NCBI GenBank assembly: GCA_037441765.1 | Contig: JBBIRM010000006.1 | Coordinates: 1-51,824, forward strand | Length of the DNA: 51,824 nt | Reading direction: 5' to 3' | Source: Deltaproteobacteria bacterium | Lineage (GTDB): Bacteria; Desulfobacterota; BSN033; UBA1163 | Part shown: positions 18,476 to 27,863 of the stretch, piece after piece | How positions within the stretch are numbered: the first letter of the stretch is position 1 | Layout of the letters: every line of letters starts with the position of its first letter | Program-made: the position numbers and the translations under genes | The notes under the pieces: generated by a model | The model's database searches: none | Told to the model about the DNA's origin: nothing | What the model saw: only the letters and a program-made list of their open reading frames with translations

Positions 18476-19468
18476 TCAAAGGGAAATTCCTTTCTTTATT
18501 TCAGATTCCCATTTCCCGCACCGATCCCCCCAATAGGAGATAGGCTTCTCTTCCACAATAAATTCTACAACCTCACAATGGTTTTCACAGTCTTTACAGA
18601 TAAAATTGAGAGTTCTGCATTTTATCTCTGAAACAACAAACCCCTTGAATTGGGTTTCAGCCCCATCCATCTTTTCTTTTGTTAAAAGGGCAGCCCCGAT
18701 TGCTCCCATGACATGATAGTATTGGGGAACCAATATCTCCTCCCCTAATTCTCTTTCAAAAGCCTTCCTGATCCCTTGATTGGCAGCAACTCCTCCTTGA
18801 AAGATGATGGGGCTCCGAATCTCTTTACCCTTCGCCACATTATTGAGGTAATTCCGTACAAGGGCGTCACAGAGGCCAGCGATGATATCATTCAGATGAC
18901 AGCCCATCTGTTGTTTGTGGATCATGTCTGATTCAGCAAAGACAGTACATCGGCCAGCGATCCTTACAGGTGATTCTGATCGAAGGGCATACTCCCCAAA
19001 GGCTTCAATAGGGACATTAAGGCGCAAGGCCTGTTGGTCTAGGAATGAACCTGTCCCTGCTGCACAAACAGTATTCATTCCAAAGTCGATGACCAATCCA
19101 TCCCGGATAATAATAATCTTTGAATCCTGTCCTCCAATCTCAAGCACCGTCCTCACCTCAGGATAGAAATGGATAGAGGCTACAGCGTGGGCGGTGATTT
19201 CATTCTTCACCACATCTGCTCCAACCAGAATACCAGTCAACTGCCTTGCACTTCCTGTTGTCCCTACTCCACAAATCTCCACTCCCTCTGGCAGACGTGC
19301 TTGAATCTCCTTTAACCCTTTTTGGACTGCCAATATGGGTTGGCCATGGGTGAGAAGGTACTGGTGACAAAGGACTCTCCCCTCCTGATCGATAACTGCA
19401 AGGTCGGTGCTGACAGACCCCACATCAATCCCAAGATAGCCTTTAACCTGATGCCCTCTCTTTTCCAT
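18476..19468 (-). CDS. ATP-dependent activase (HgdC/BadFG, ASKHA family) with C-terminal Cys motif
   Basis: GIDVGSVST, EIGGQDSK, MNTVCAAGTG, RCTVFAESD and C-terminal FICKDCENHC...DRCGKW. Confidence 0.9.
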   Translation of the reverse strand: MEKRGHQVKGYLGIDVGSVSTDLAVIDQEGRVLCHQYLLTHGQPILAVQKGLKEIQARLPEGVEICGVGTTGSARQLTGILVGADVVKNEITAHAVASIHFYPEVRTVLEIGGQDSKIIIIRDGLVIDFGMNTVCAAGTGSFLDQQALRLNVPIEAFGEYALRSESPVRIAGRCTVFAESDMIHKQQMGCHLNDIIAGLCDALVRNYLNNVAKGKEIRSPIIFQGGVAANQGIRKAFERELGEEILVPQYYHVMGAIGAALLTKEKMDGAETQFKGFVVSEIKCRTLNFICKDCENHCEVVEFIVEEKPISYWGDRCGKWESEIKKGISL

Positions 19469-20819
19469 AAATATTGCGTTTTAACTTCTCCCACTCTCGA
19501 TCGGCGATGACCCCATATTCTTTAGAATATTGGTCGATAGAACTCGAAAGGTGGCTAAAGAAAATTTCAGCACCCGGGTGGGTGAAATAGACCCCTGGTT
19601 GGCTGGCCATCTCTCTTCCAATTTGTGGAACATCAATCAACATACAGGGCCTGAGAAGGTTTTGAAGATAGGGCTGACGAGAACGAATCTTTCTGAAGAA
19701 TGGGGAATCGAGCACTTCAAGAAGGGTCTTTCCTTTGATATTGTCAGATGCAAAATGGCAAAAGACGCAGGGTTCAACATCCCCTCTTGCATTGATATGA
19801 AAATACATCTTTCCCCCAGCCATGCAACCATTGGTCAGCCTCCCATCGTTCCAGAAATCGACAAAGAGAACAGGTTTGGTTGCTCGGAAATGGACAAGGG
19901 CTTGTCTCAATTGGTCTCTCTGGGCCGGGGTTGGCATCCAGCGAAGATCTGGATTCCTTCCCACCGGAATGCACATGAAATACCAGATGAGAATAAGTCC
20001 TTGATCAATTAAGAAGTCGATAAAGGAATCACTGGTGAGGATATCTGTATTCTGCCGGGTTTGGGTTAGGGAACATGCAAAAAGGATTTTCGCCGCTCGT
20101 AGGAGTTCCATCCCCTTCATCAATTTCTTAAAATGTCCTTTACCCCTTCTCAGGTCTGTTTCCTCCTCGTAGCCTTCCATACTGATTGCAGGAGAGACAT
20201 TTCCGAGAGATGCCATTGTCTCCACAGTCTTCTCATCAAGAAGGCCTCCATGAGTAAAGACGTGGAAAAGCATACGAGGGTGCTCCCTGTAAATCTCAAT
20301 AAGATCTTCCCTCAGAAATGGTTCTCCTCCAAGGACGACCACCAGATGAATTCCCATCTCCTCAGCCTCTCTGAGAACCCGGTTGATCTCCTCTTTTTCT
20401 AATTCTTTTTCCTTCGAATAACTTCCTGCATAACAACCGTAACAGTTGAGATTACATCTCATCGTGGGACTGATAAGCATAGCCCGTGGAGGATAGTATC
20501 CTGTGCGGGCTTCAAATGCCCTTCTTCGATTGGTCCCCTCTAAGAATTGGTCGATTAAAAAGTGAACGATTCTTTGGCGTTGTTTCGGATTGGCCTCTTT
20601 GATGACCCTTCGGGCAATGTCAAGTGAAGGATGACCTTGCTTGAATAGTTCTCGAATCCAGCCGATCTTCACACGATAGGAATCCTTTTGAGGGATCTTT
20701 TCAGCGAGATAGGTTAGACGGATGAGATTCGCCTTAGAACTATTGGATAGGAGTGATAGGCCAATGGTTGTAAATTTGATTAAGGAGATTCTCTTCAAGT
20801 GAAAGATAGGATTTGCCAT
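19443..20819 (-). CDS. Radical SAM protein with SPASM/twitch domain
   Basis: SPTMRCNLNCYGC; GCMAGG..YFHINARGDVEPC; PC near the C-terminus. Confidence 0.9.
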   Translation of the reverse strand: MANPIFHLKRISLIKFTTIGLSLLSNSSKANLIRLTYLAEKIPQKDSYRVKIGWIRELFKQGHPSLDIARRVIKEANPKQRQRIVHFLIDQFLEGTNRRRAFEARTGYYPPRAMLISPTMRCNLNCYGCYAGSYSKEKELEKEEINRVLREAEEMGIHLVVVLGGEPFLREDLIEIYREHPRMLFHVFTHGGLLDEKTVETMASLGNVSPAISMEGYEEETDLRRGKGHFKKLMKGMELLRAAKILFACSLTQTRQNTDILTSDSFIDFLIDQGLILIWYFMCIPVGRNPDLRWMPTPAQRDQLRQALVHFRATKPVLFVDFWNDGRLTNGCMAGGKMYFHINARGDVEPCVFCHFASDNIKGKTLLEVLDSPFFRKIRSRQPYLQNLLRPCMLIDVPQIGREMASQPGVYFTHPGAEIFFSHLSSSIDQYSKEYGVIADREWEKLKRNIYGKERASG

Positions 20820-20891
20820 TTTTCATCACAATTTATTGAAAAGATTATCCTAAAAGAAAATGATTTTCAATCCCGCTATTTCCAAATCTAT

Positions 20892-21395
20892 TTAGGGAAG
20901 GTCATGTCCTGTGATCCTTTTGTACCCCTCTCTCGCCCTTAACCTAACTTTTCGGTTCGGGTCTTGATTTGCCACTTCTCTTAGGGCCTCCAGAGATGTA
21001 TGATCACCTAAAAAACCAAGAGCCCTTGCCGTAAATGCACGGATATATGGATCATTATCCTTTAGGAGATCGATTAAAATCGGTGTGGCTGATTTGTCTT
21101 TAGTATAACATAAGGGTTTATAATCCTCTTGCACCTTCTTACCGTATTCTTTTTTATTTGAGATTAAATATGCCTTTAAATTTGCAAAGTTTTCAATTAC
21201 TCTAACCCTAAAGTCCGATCTCTTTTCTGGAGTAAGATCTTTAATTAGATTAAAAACCTTTTCAATCTCATTTTCCCTGATCATCCTTGAACCATTTTCA
21301 ATCAGTAAAGAGAATTTCTCCGAGGTTTCTTGTGCAAAAACAATAGGGTAGTTTAATAGTAGAAGAAGAATGAAAAATGTAAACTTCCTGATCAT
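20892..21395 (-). CDS. Secreted HEAT-repeat protein
   Basis: AAGGAGG RBS before ATG 21395; signal peptide ending VFA-Q; LIDLLKDNDPYIRAFTARALG HEAT repeat. Confidence 0.75.
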   Translation of the reverse strand: MIRKFTFFILLLLLNYPIVFAQETSEKFSLLIENGSRMIRENEIEKVFNLIKDLTPEKRSDFRVRVIENFANLKAYLISNKKEYGKKVQEDYKPLCYTKDKSATPILIDLLKDNDPYIRAFTARALGFLGDHTSLEALREVANQDPNRKVRLRAREGYKRITGHDLP

Positions 21396-21466
21396 TCCCC
21401 AATCCTCCTTTCTATTGAGCCTAATAGTAAATACGCACCCAAATTTTAAACTCTTAACAGAATTTT

Positions 21467-21535
21467 GTAGGGCAAGGCTTAAGCCTTGCATTTGAAATGA
21501 AAGAATGATTTGCAGGCCTAAAAGCCTGCCTCTAT
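21467..21535. repeat. Degenerate GTAG REP pair
   Basis: GTAGGGCAAGGCTTAAGCCTTGC (21467-21489) and an inverted degenerate copy GCAGGCCTAAAAGCCTGCCTCTAT. Confidence 0.65.
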
Positions 21536-21573
21536 AAGACTTGTTAGAATGAAATTCTCAAATTTAATTTCTT

Positions 21574-23313
21574 TTACCAGCTTCCCCCACCACCTCCTCC
21601 GAAGCCTCCTCCAGAAAATCCACCCCCTCTAAAGCCACCACCTCCTCCACTACCACTTCCCCTCGGTGCGGAAAACATATTGGAGGATAGGTTTGAAGTC
21701 ATCGAATTGATGGAATGGGTAAAGGCGTAGGGGCTGAATGTTCTAAATCCTGATGGAGCAATATACCAGGTGGGGGGCTCCTGATAGATCCCCTCAAATG
21801 CCTCCGCCCAATTATCCACCACATCGAGGGCCATGGCATAGGGCAAGAATTTAGAAAAGAGATTTTTGTCTCCCATCCTCTCGATTCTGTCTTTTTCTGC
21901 TCGTTTCATAAATTCCTGAAATCCAAGGGTCTCCATATAGGCTAATGCCCCTGCCCTCGTCTTTGCAGGCATGAAATTCCCGATGACAAAAACCGGAAGC
22001 CCTGTCAATATGCAAGCAACCACGTTTTTCCCCGTGAAGTTAGAAGTAAGAAAGGCAAGCGCAAAAATCCCAAAGACCACAATAATGATTCCTGCAATTC
22101 GATAGGAATTTCTTACCTTTTCAGGATCGCTAAGAAAATATTTCTTTCTGATAAGTTCCCCATAGAGCGTTTTTTTCAATGCAGGCAGGTTGGTGTAGAA
22201 TTTATTTTTCAAACTCGAAACAGAAAGACGGGATGGAGAGAATGAGAAGAGGCATCTCATCAATTCATCTTCAAAAGCGCTGAGATGGGTATCTGGATCT
22301 TTTACTTTTATAAGATTATAATCAGTTCGGTTAAAAATTAATCCTTCTTTTTTCATCTCTTCAATCTGTAGATATCCCTTGACAGCGAGTCCAACTATAG
22401 TTGACGTGATATCTCTCGGATCTATCTTCTCGTCTATTAGTGTTCCGACCTCTGCTGGGTTGAGGGGAACATTGTTAAATTTAGGGGGACCATACATCAC
22501 GGTTACAGATTCTCTTACCCTCGGGTCTCTTCCCTTCCGATACCAGCGGTTAATCATATAGAGGAAAGAAAAAACAGGAAGTAAGAATACCCAGTTCTCT
22601 TCGATATGGATAGCCCACAGAAATCTCTTCCAGGAAGGAGGAGGGTGGACCAGCCCTTTATCCCATCCAAAGACAATGGTTAATCCCTCACCCATCCGAA
22701 GGCTTCTTTTAGTGAAAAACTTTCCAGTATTATCATAGGATTCATAAACACATTCCTCTGTGGAACCATGGACTCCCTCAAAACCGGTAACCATTAATTT
22801 CTGGCTCCTATTTTTTGTGGCCAAATATACCGTTGCTGAGGCTTCTTTGATAGGGGCCCTCCAGAAGTGGCCAGTCACATTCCAATATAATTCATCGTGA
22901 TCATCGAAAAAAAGAATTACATTTTCGACTTTATAGGTAATCACATAGCTCTGTTTACCTCTAACGTATCTTTTAGGATCACCGATTCTGATATGAATTG
23001 TTGTCCCTTCCTTCTTAACCTTGTACTTCAAGGGCTTTCCCGAATGATCAACTACGGATAACACTTTTGTAGGGGTTGAAATAACTTTTCCAAATTCGTC
23101 TCGATATTTGAAAGGGATCTCTCGATAAATCCCATGCCTCAATTGATGGAATTCCACATCGATGGTCTCAGTGACAGAGATAGAGGAATCTTCATAGATC
23201 ATAATACTGGAGTGAAATCTATTGATGGTGAAGTACTGAGCAAAGGCAGAGGCTGGGAATAATAGATTAAGGCTGAGGAAAGCAAAAAGAAGAAATTTGT
23301 GAAATATTTTCAT
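21574..23313 (-). CDS. DUF2207 (YciQ-like) membrane protein
   Basis: Signal peptide, GIYREIP, DELYWNVTG, LPYAMAL and C-terminal GGGFSGGGFGGGGGGSW; typical partner of lemA. Confidence 0.9.
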   Translation of the reverse strand: MKIFHKFLLFAFLSLNLLFPASAFAQYFTINRFHSSIMIYEDSSISVTETIDVEFHQLRHGIYREIPFKYRDEFGKVISTPTKVLSVVDHSGKPLKYKVKKEGTTIHIRIGDPKRYVRGKQSYVITYKVENVILFFDDHDELYWNVTGHFWRAPIKEASATVYLATKNRSQKLMVTGFEGVHGSTEECVYESYDNTGKFFTKRSLRMGEGLTIVFGWDKGLVHPPPSWKRFLWAIHIEENWVFLLPVFSFLYMINRWYRKGRDPRVRESVTVMYGPPKFNNVPLNPAEVGTLIDEKIDPRDITSTIVGLAVKGYLQIEEMKKEGLIFNRTDYNLIKVKDPDTHLSAFEDELMRCLFSFSPSRLSVSSLKNKFYTNLPALKKTLYGELIRKKYFLSDPEKVRNSYRIAGIIIVVFGIFALAFLTSNFTGKNVVACILTGLPVFVIGNFMPAKTRAGALAYMETLGFQEFMKRAEKDRIERMGDKNLFSKFLPYAMALDVVDNWAEAFEGIYQEPPTWYIAPSGFRTFSPYAFTHSINSMTSNLSSNMFSAPRGSGSGGGGGFRGGGFSGGGFGGGGGGSW

Positions 23314-23400
23314 TTTTTGTTTATCTCCGTATTCATCCCACTCTCCCCTCTTATAGAATAGAGAGGGGTACAAAATTAAGCGTTTGACAGACCGAATTGG

Positions 23401-23955
23401 TCAAAAGCTCACTTTCACGGGTCTTCTCTCCATCTCGGGCGACTCGAGTTGAAATAGTTCTGCCTGCTTAAAATTGAAAATTGATGCAACGAGATTGGAT
23501 GGAAAAGACTCGATTAGAATATTAAAATCCCTAACCACAGCATTGTAATAACGCCTTGCATACTCAATGTTGTTCTCCAGTTCCTGGAGCTGGGTTTGGA
23601 GTTGAATAAAATTTTGATTTGCCTTCAGTTCTGGATAGGCCTCAGCCACTGCGAAGAGACTCTTTAATGTATCCCTGATCATATTCTCTGCCTTTGCCAT
23701 CTCTGCAGGAGTGGCTGCTTTTAGGGCAAGGGTTCTTGCCTCGGTCACTTTTTCAAAAACCGTCTTCTCGTGTGAGGCATATCCCTTAACCGTCTCTACC
23801 AGATTGGGCACAAGGTCAAAACGCTTCTTACACTGGACATCGATATCTGACCAGGAGGACCTGACCGTGTTTCTGAGCCGGATCAGTTTATTGTAAATAG
23901 TAATCACCCCAATGATCAGAATAGCAATAATTATTAGAATAATCCAGATAGCCAT
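23401..23955 (-). CDS. lemA: LemA family protein
   Basis: N-terminal TM, IDVQ..RFDLVPNLVETVKGYA.HE, AEAYPELKAN.NF. Confidence 0.95.
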   Translation of the reverse strand: MAIWIILIIIAILIIGVITIYNKLIRLRNTVRSSWSDIDVQCKKRFDLVPNLVETVKGYASHEKTVFEKVTEARTLALKAATPAEMAKAENMIRDTLKSLFAVAEAYPELKANQNFIQLQTQLQELENNIEYARRYYNAVVRDFNILIESFPSNLVASIFNFKQAELFQLESPEMERRPVKVSF

Positions 23956-24135
23956 CTCTCCCCTCCTGAATTTGATTTATATTAAGATTACAGAATTTAT
24001 GAAATTTATTCAAGTTTTACTTTTTGAGGGGCCTACTTGTTTTATCCTCATAAAATGTGATAATAATCATTCATCTACAATATTGTTTAAAGATTTCTAA
24101 GGCTTCCTTTTTGGAAGGAATAGGAAAGGAGAACT

Positions 24136-25629
24136 ATGGAATTCAAAGTTGATAAAGGAAAGTCAGAAGAGTATCCATGCGAACTTCTACTTCTCTTCTC
24201 TTTTGAATCCCCCGAGACTTTGGAAGGTCCTCTTTTGAATGTAGATCGACGATGGAAAGGGTTCGTATCCGATTTGTTGAAGGAAGGGGACTTCCGTGGA
24301 GAGTTATTCCAGTGCAGGCTTCTATATACCCACGGTTCTATCCCTGCCAAAAGGGTTCTCCTTACCGGGCTGGGGAAGAGGGATGAATTTAACTTAGAGA
24401 CATGGAGGGGAGCTTCTTCAAAGGCTGGACAGTTTGTTCGCGACTTAGGATTTAAGCAACTCGTCTTCCAAATAAGTAGAATTGAGAGTTATTCTGAGGG
24501 AGAGCTAACAGAATCATTTGTGACCGGTCTCGTGCTCGGAACCTACCAATATAGAGAATTTAAGACTGTTGAGGGAGAAAAAAATAGAGAGATAAAAGAG
24601 GTTATTCTTCTTGGAGAAACAGAAAAGGAATTGGAATTTATCCATGAAGGATTAAGATTGGGCAGTGTCATTTCAGAAGCAGTTTGTCAGGCAAGAGATT
24701 GGGTCAATGCACCCAGCAATCAGGTAACCCCCACCTTTTTGGCCCAGAAAGCTCAAGAGATTGCAAAAGAGCATGGGATGGAGATCCAGGTATTAAACTT
24801 GGATCAGGCAGAGGCGCTCGGCATGGGAGCATTTGTTGCAGTGGCCAAGGGAAGCAGAGAACCCAGCAAGTTTATCATCATGGAGTATAATAAGGGAAAA
24901 GATCTGGATAGGATTTTACTAGTGGGGAAAGGTATTACCTTTGATAGTGGTGGGATTTCAATAAAACCTTCTGAGAAGATGGAGAGGATGAAAGATGATA
25001 TGTCAGGAGCGGCTGCAGTACTTGCAACCCTGAAAGCAGCCTCCGAGCTTCAAATCCCCCTTCATCTTATTGGCATACTTCCCCTAACAGAAAATCTACC
25101 AAGTGGAAAGGCTTATAAACCAGGAGATATCTTGAAAACCCTTTCTGGCCAGACAGTAGAGGTGATCAGCACTGATGCGGAGGGAAGACTTATCCTCTCC
25201 GATGCTCTAACCTATGGGTTGAAGTATCAGCCAAAGGCGATCATTGATCTGGCTACACTGACAGGCGCCTGCGTCATCGCTCTCGGAGATTACGTGATCG
25301 GTCTCTTTGGAAATGACGAGGCTCTTTTAAGGCGCATCCAGGAGGCTTCTGCCAAGACTGGGGAGAAGGTCTGGCAATTACCCCTCTGGGAGGAGTATTT
25401 TGAAAATCTGAAGAGTGATGTAGCAGATTTTAGAAATGTTGGGACAAGGTCTGCAGGAGCCATCAATGGGGCAATCTTCTTGAGCAAATTTGTAGGGAAG
25501 ACACCCTGGGTTCACCTCGATATCGCCGGGCCTGCCTATATCGAAAAAGATAGACCTTATATTCCAAAGGGGGGAACAGGGGTAGGAGTGAGGTTATTGA
25601 TCCAATTGCTTAGAGATTGGAGCAGTTAA
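24136..25629 (+). CDS. pepA: Leucyl aminopeptidase (M17)
   Basis: VGKGITFDSGG, MKDDMSGAA, STDAEGRL, HLDIAG. Confidence 0.95.
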   Translation: MEFKVDKGKSEEYPCELLLLFSFESPETLEGPLLNVDRRWKGFVSDLLKEGDFRGELFQCRLLYTHGSIPAKRVLLTGLGKRDEFNLETWRGASSKAGQFVRDLGFKQLVFQISRIESYSEGELTESFVTGLVLGTYQYREFKTVEGEKNREIKEVILLGETEKELEFIHEGLRLGSVISEAVCQARDWVNAPSNQVTPTFLAQKAQEIAKEHGMEIQVLNLDQAEALGMGAFVAVAKGSREPSKFIIMEYNKGKDLDRILLVGKGITFDSGGISIKPSEKMERMKDDMSGAAAVLATLKAASELQIPLHLIGILPLTENLPSGKAYKPGDILKTLSGQTVEVISTDAEGRLILSDALTYGLKYQPKAIIDLATLTGACVIALGDYVIGLFGNDEALLRRIQEASAKTGEKVWQLPLWEEYFENLKSDVADFRNVGTRSAGAINGAIFLSKFVGKTPWVHLDIAGPAYIEKDRPYIPKGGTGVGVRLLIQLLRDWSS

Positions 25630-25779
25630 AATCTCAATAACTAAATTCCTTCGTTCAGAAAGGTCAAAATAAATCCCATATTAGATAATCAAACTAGGCT
25701 TTAGTTTAGCAAATTGGATATGGCTATTATTCCATTGTTGGTGGTTGATCATTGGTGATCGATTATAGAAAATTGAATT

Positions 25780-26838
25780 ATGAAAAATACTGATGTTCAA
25801 TATCCATTCCTAAGGGCTTGCAGAAGGGAACCAACATCCTATACACCCATCTGGTTGATGAGGCAGGCAGGACGATACTTGAAGGAGTATCGAGCGCTAC
25901 GTAGGAGGTATTCGTTTCTGGAGATGTGTAGAAACCCAGAGATTGCTGCTGAAGTTACACTCCTTCCTATTAAAAAATTTAATCTTGATGCGGCAATAGT
26001 TTTCTCCGATATCCTTATTCCATTAGAACCAATGGGGATTGAATTAGAATTTACGAAAGGGGAGGGTCCCATTATACCCCATCCCATCCGAGAGATGAAC
26101 CAAATTGAGAGACTCCGGACCATTGAGCCTGAAGAGGATATTCCCTTTCTTTTAAAGACAATTAGAATAGTTCGGCATGAGTTGGAGGGGAAGGTCCCTT
26201 TGATAGGGTTTTCGGGAGCTCCATTTACTCTCGCAAGTTACATCATCGAAGGTGGTCATTCCAAAAGCTACCTGATCACCAAAGGGATGATGTATCGAAA
26301 TCCATCGGCATGGTCTTCCTTGATGGAAAAACTCTCAGAGGTCTTAATCTCTCACCTCAATGCGCAGATTCGTTCAGGGGTTCAGGCCCTTCAGATCTTT
26401 GACTCCTGGGTAGGGTGTCTGAGCCCAAGGGATTATGAAGATTATGTCCTTCCATTTTCGAAAAAAGTGATCGCAGGCCTGGACAAAGGCGTTCCTCTCA
26501 TTCACTTTGCTACCTGCTGTTCAACCTTGCTTGAGAGGATGAAGGAAGCAGGAGGAGACATCATCGGTGTGGATTGGCGGATCGATCTTCAAGAGGCGTG
26601 GAAACGCATAGGCTATGATGTAGGGATTCAGGGTAACCTTGATCCAGCGGTTTTATTGGGGCCCATTGATTTAATCAGGAAAGAAGTGAAACGAATACTA
26701 AATCAAGCCAAAGGAAGGCCAGGACATATTTTTAATTTGGGTCACGGCATTTTACCCAAAACCCCTGTCGATCATGTGGAGGCTTTAATCGATATAGTCC
26801 ATGAATATAGTTCACAGGTCATAAAGGAAAGAGGGTAA
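25780..26838 (+). CDS. hemE: Uroporphyrinogen decarboxylase
   Basis: PIWLMRQAGRY, FSDIL, GFSGAPFTL, QGNLDP, FNLGHGI. Confidence 0.97.
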   Translation: MKNTDVQYPFLRACRREPTSYTPIWLMRQAGRYLKEYRALRRRYSFLEMCRNPEIAAEVTLLPIKKFNLDAAIVFSDILIPLEPMGIELEFTKGEGPIIPHPIREMNQIERLRTIEPEEDIPFLLKTIRIVRHELEGKVPLIGFSGAPFTLASYIIEGGHSKSYLITKGMMYRNPSAWSSLMEKLSEVLISHLNAQIRSGVQALQIFDSWVGCLSPRDYEDYVLPFSKKVIAGLDKGVPLIHFATCCSTLLERMKEAGGDIIGVDWRIDLQEAWKRIGYDVGIQGNLDPAVLLGPIDLIRKEVKRILNQAKGRPGHIFNLGHGILPKTPVDHVEALIDIVHEYSSQVIKERG

Positions 26839-26889
26839 AGGTTTAAAACTCCATTTTGATAAGTAGTTCCTTTTTTTTCAAAAGAAATT

Positions 26890-27804
26890 ATGAAAGCTCT
26901 ACTCCTTTTAGCCTTTGGAGGTCCAGGTTCTCTAAGTGAGGTTGAATCCTTTTTAACGCACCTCTTTAAAAAAAAACCATCTCAAGAACAAATAGAGAGA
27001 GTAAAAGAACGTTATCGTTTCATAGGGGGTTCTTCTCCTCTACCCGAGATTACACGACGTCAGGCTATGGCCTTAGAAAAAAAACTGAATTTGAAGGGAT
27101 ATTCATTCAAATCTTACGTTGGTTTTCGGTATGGAAAACCACTTATTGAAGAGACATTAAGAGAGATCATTCAAAATGGGATCAGGGAAGTTTTTGCAAT
27201 TCCAATGGTGCCTCTTCGTTCACGATATAGCACAGGGGTCTATCGAGAAGAGTTAAATCGGTCAAACAAGGTGCTTGGGACTCAATTAGAAATTCATTTC
27301 ATTGAGGGGTGGCATTGCCATCCGCTATTCTTAGGAGCAGTGGTAGAGAGGATTGAAGAGGGGTTAAAACAATTTTCTCAGGAAGAAAGAAGGAAAATAC
27401 ACCTCATCTTCACCGCCCATAGCCTTCCTGAATCAGTCGTGAAGAATGATCCTTATCTCGGAGAGATGAAAGAAACGGTCAAGGAAGTTCTGAAAAAGAT
27501 TGAACCATTTCACTGGCATGTGGCCTTCCAAAGCCAAGGTGGTGGACCCGAGAGATGGATTTGTCCCGATGTGGAATCTCTCTTAGAAGAGTTAAGAGAA
27601 GTTCGTGTTGAGAAAGTTCTGGTTGTTCCCATTGGATTTGTGTCAGATCATATCGAGGTTCTCTATGACATCGATATTCTTTATCGGGAAAAGGCTCAAT
27701 CCTTGGGAATAGTTTTGAAAAGGGCCCCTTCTCTTAATGATTCTGAGCCTTTTATTGAGGCTTTGGCAAGCGTTGTGGAAGAACAAATCCAAAAATTCAA
27801 ATGA
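26890..27804 (+). CDS. hemH: Ferrochelatase
   Basis: LLAFGGP, Y..IGG.SP, FTAHSLP, GFVSDHIEVLYDID. Confidence 0.95.
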   Translation: MKALLLLAFGGPGSLSEVESFLTHLFKKKPSQEQIERVKERYRFIGGSSPLPEITRRQAMALEKKLNLKGYSFKSYVGFRYGKPLIEETLREIIQNGIREVFAIPMVPLRSRYSTGVYREELNRSNKVLGTQLEIHFIEGWHCHPLFLGAVVERIEEGLKQFSQEERRKIHLIFTAHSLPESVVKNDPYLGEMKETVKEVLKKIEPFHWHVAFQSQGGGPERWICPDVESLLEELREVRVEKVLVVPIGFVSDHIEVLYDIDILYREKAQSLGIVLKRAPSLNDSEPFIEALASVVEEQIQKFK

Positions 27805-27863
27805 AAGGATATTAGAGGGCCTGGATATCAGGTTAAAGAATTATTTCTGGTGTTGGAGAATTC

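Noticed and set aside
14342-19468. Benzoyl-CoA reductase (BcrABCD) or HgdABC amino-acid fermentation enzyme
   Set aside because: The subunits are DUF2229/PlsR-like with a single activase, no CoA ligase or transferase is adjacent, and the neighbours are lipid genes.
21396-21491. N-terminal extension of the HEAT protein given in the ORF track
   Set aside because: Runs through a REP; the RBS and signal peptide favour ATG 21395.
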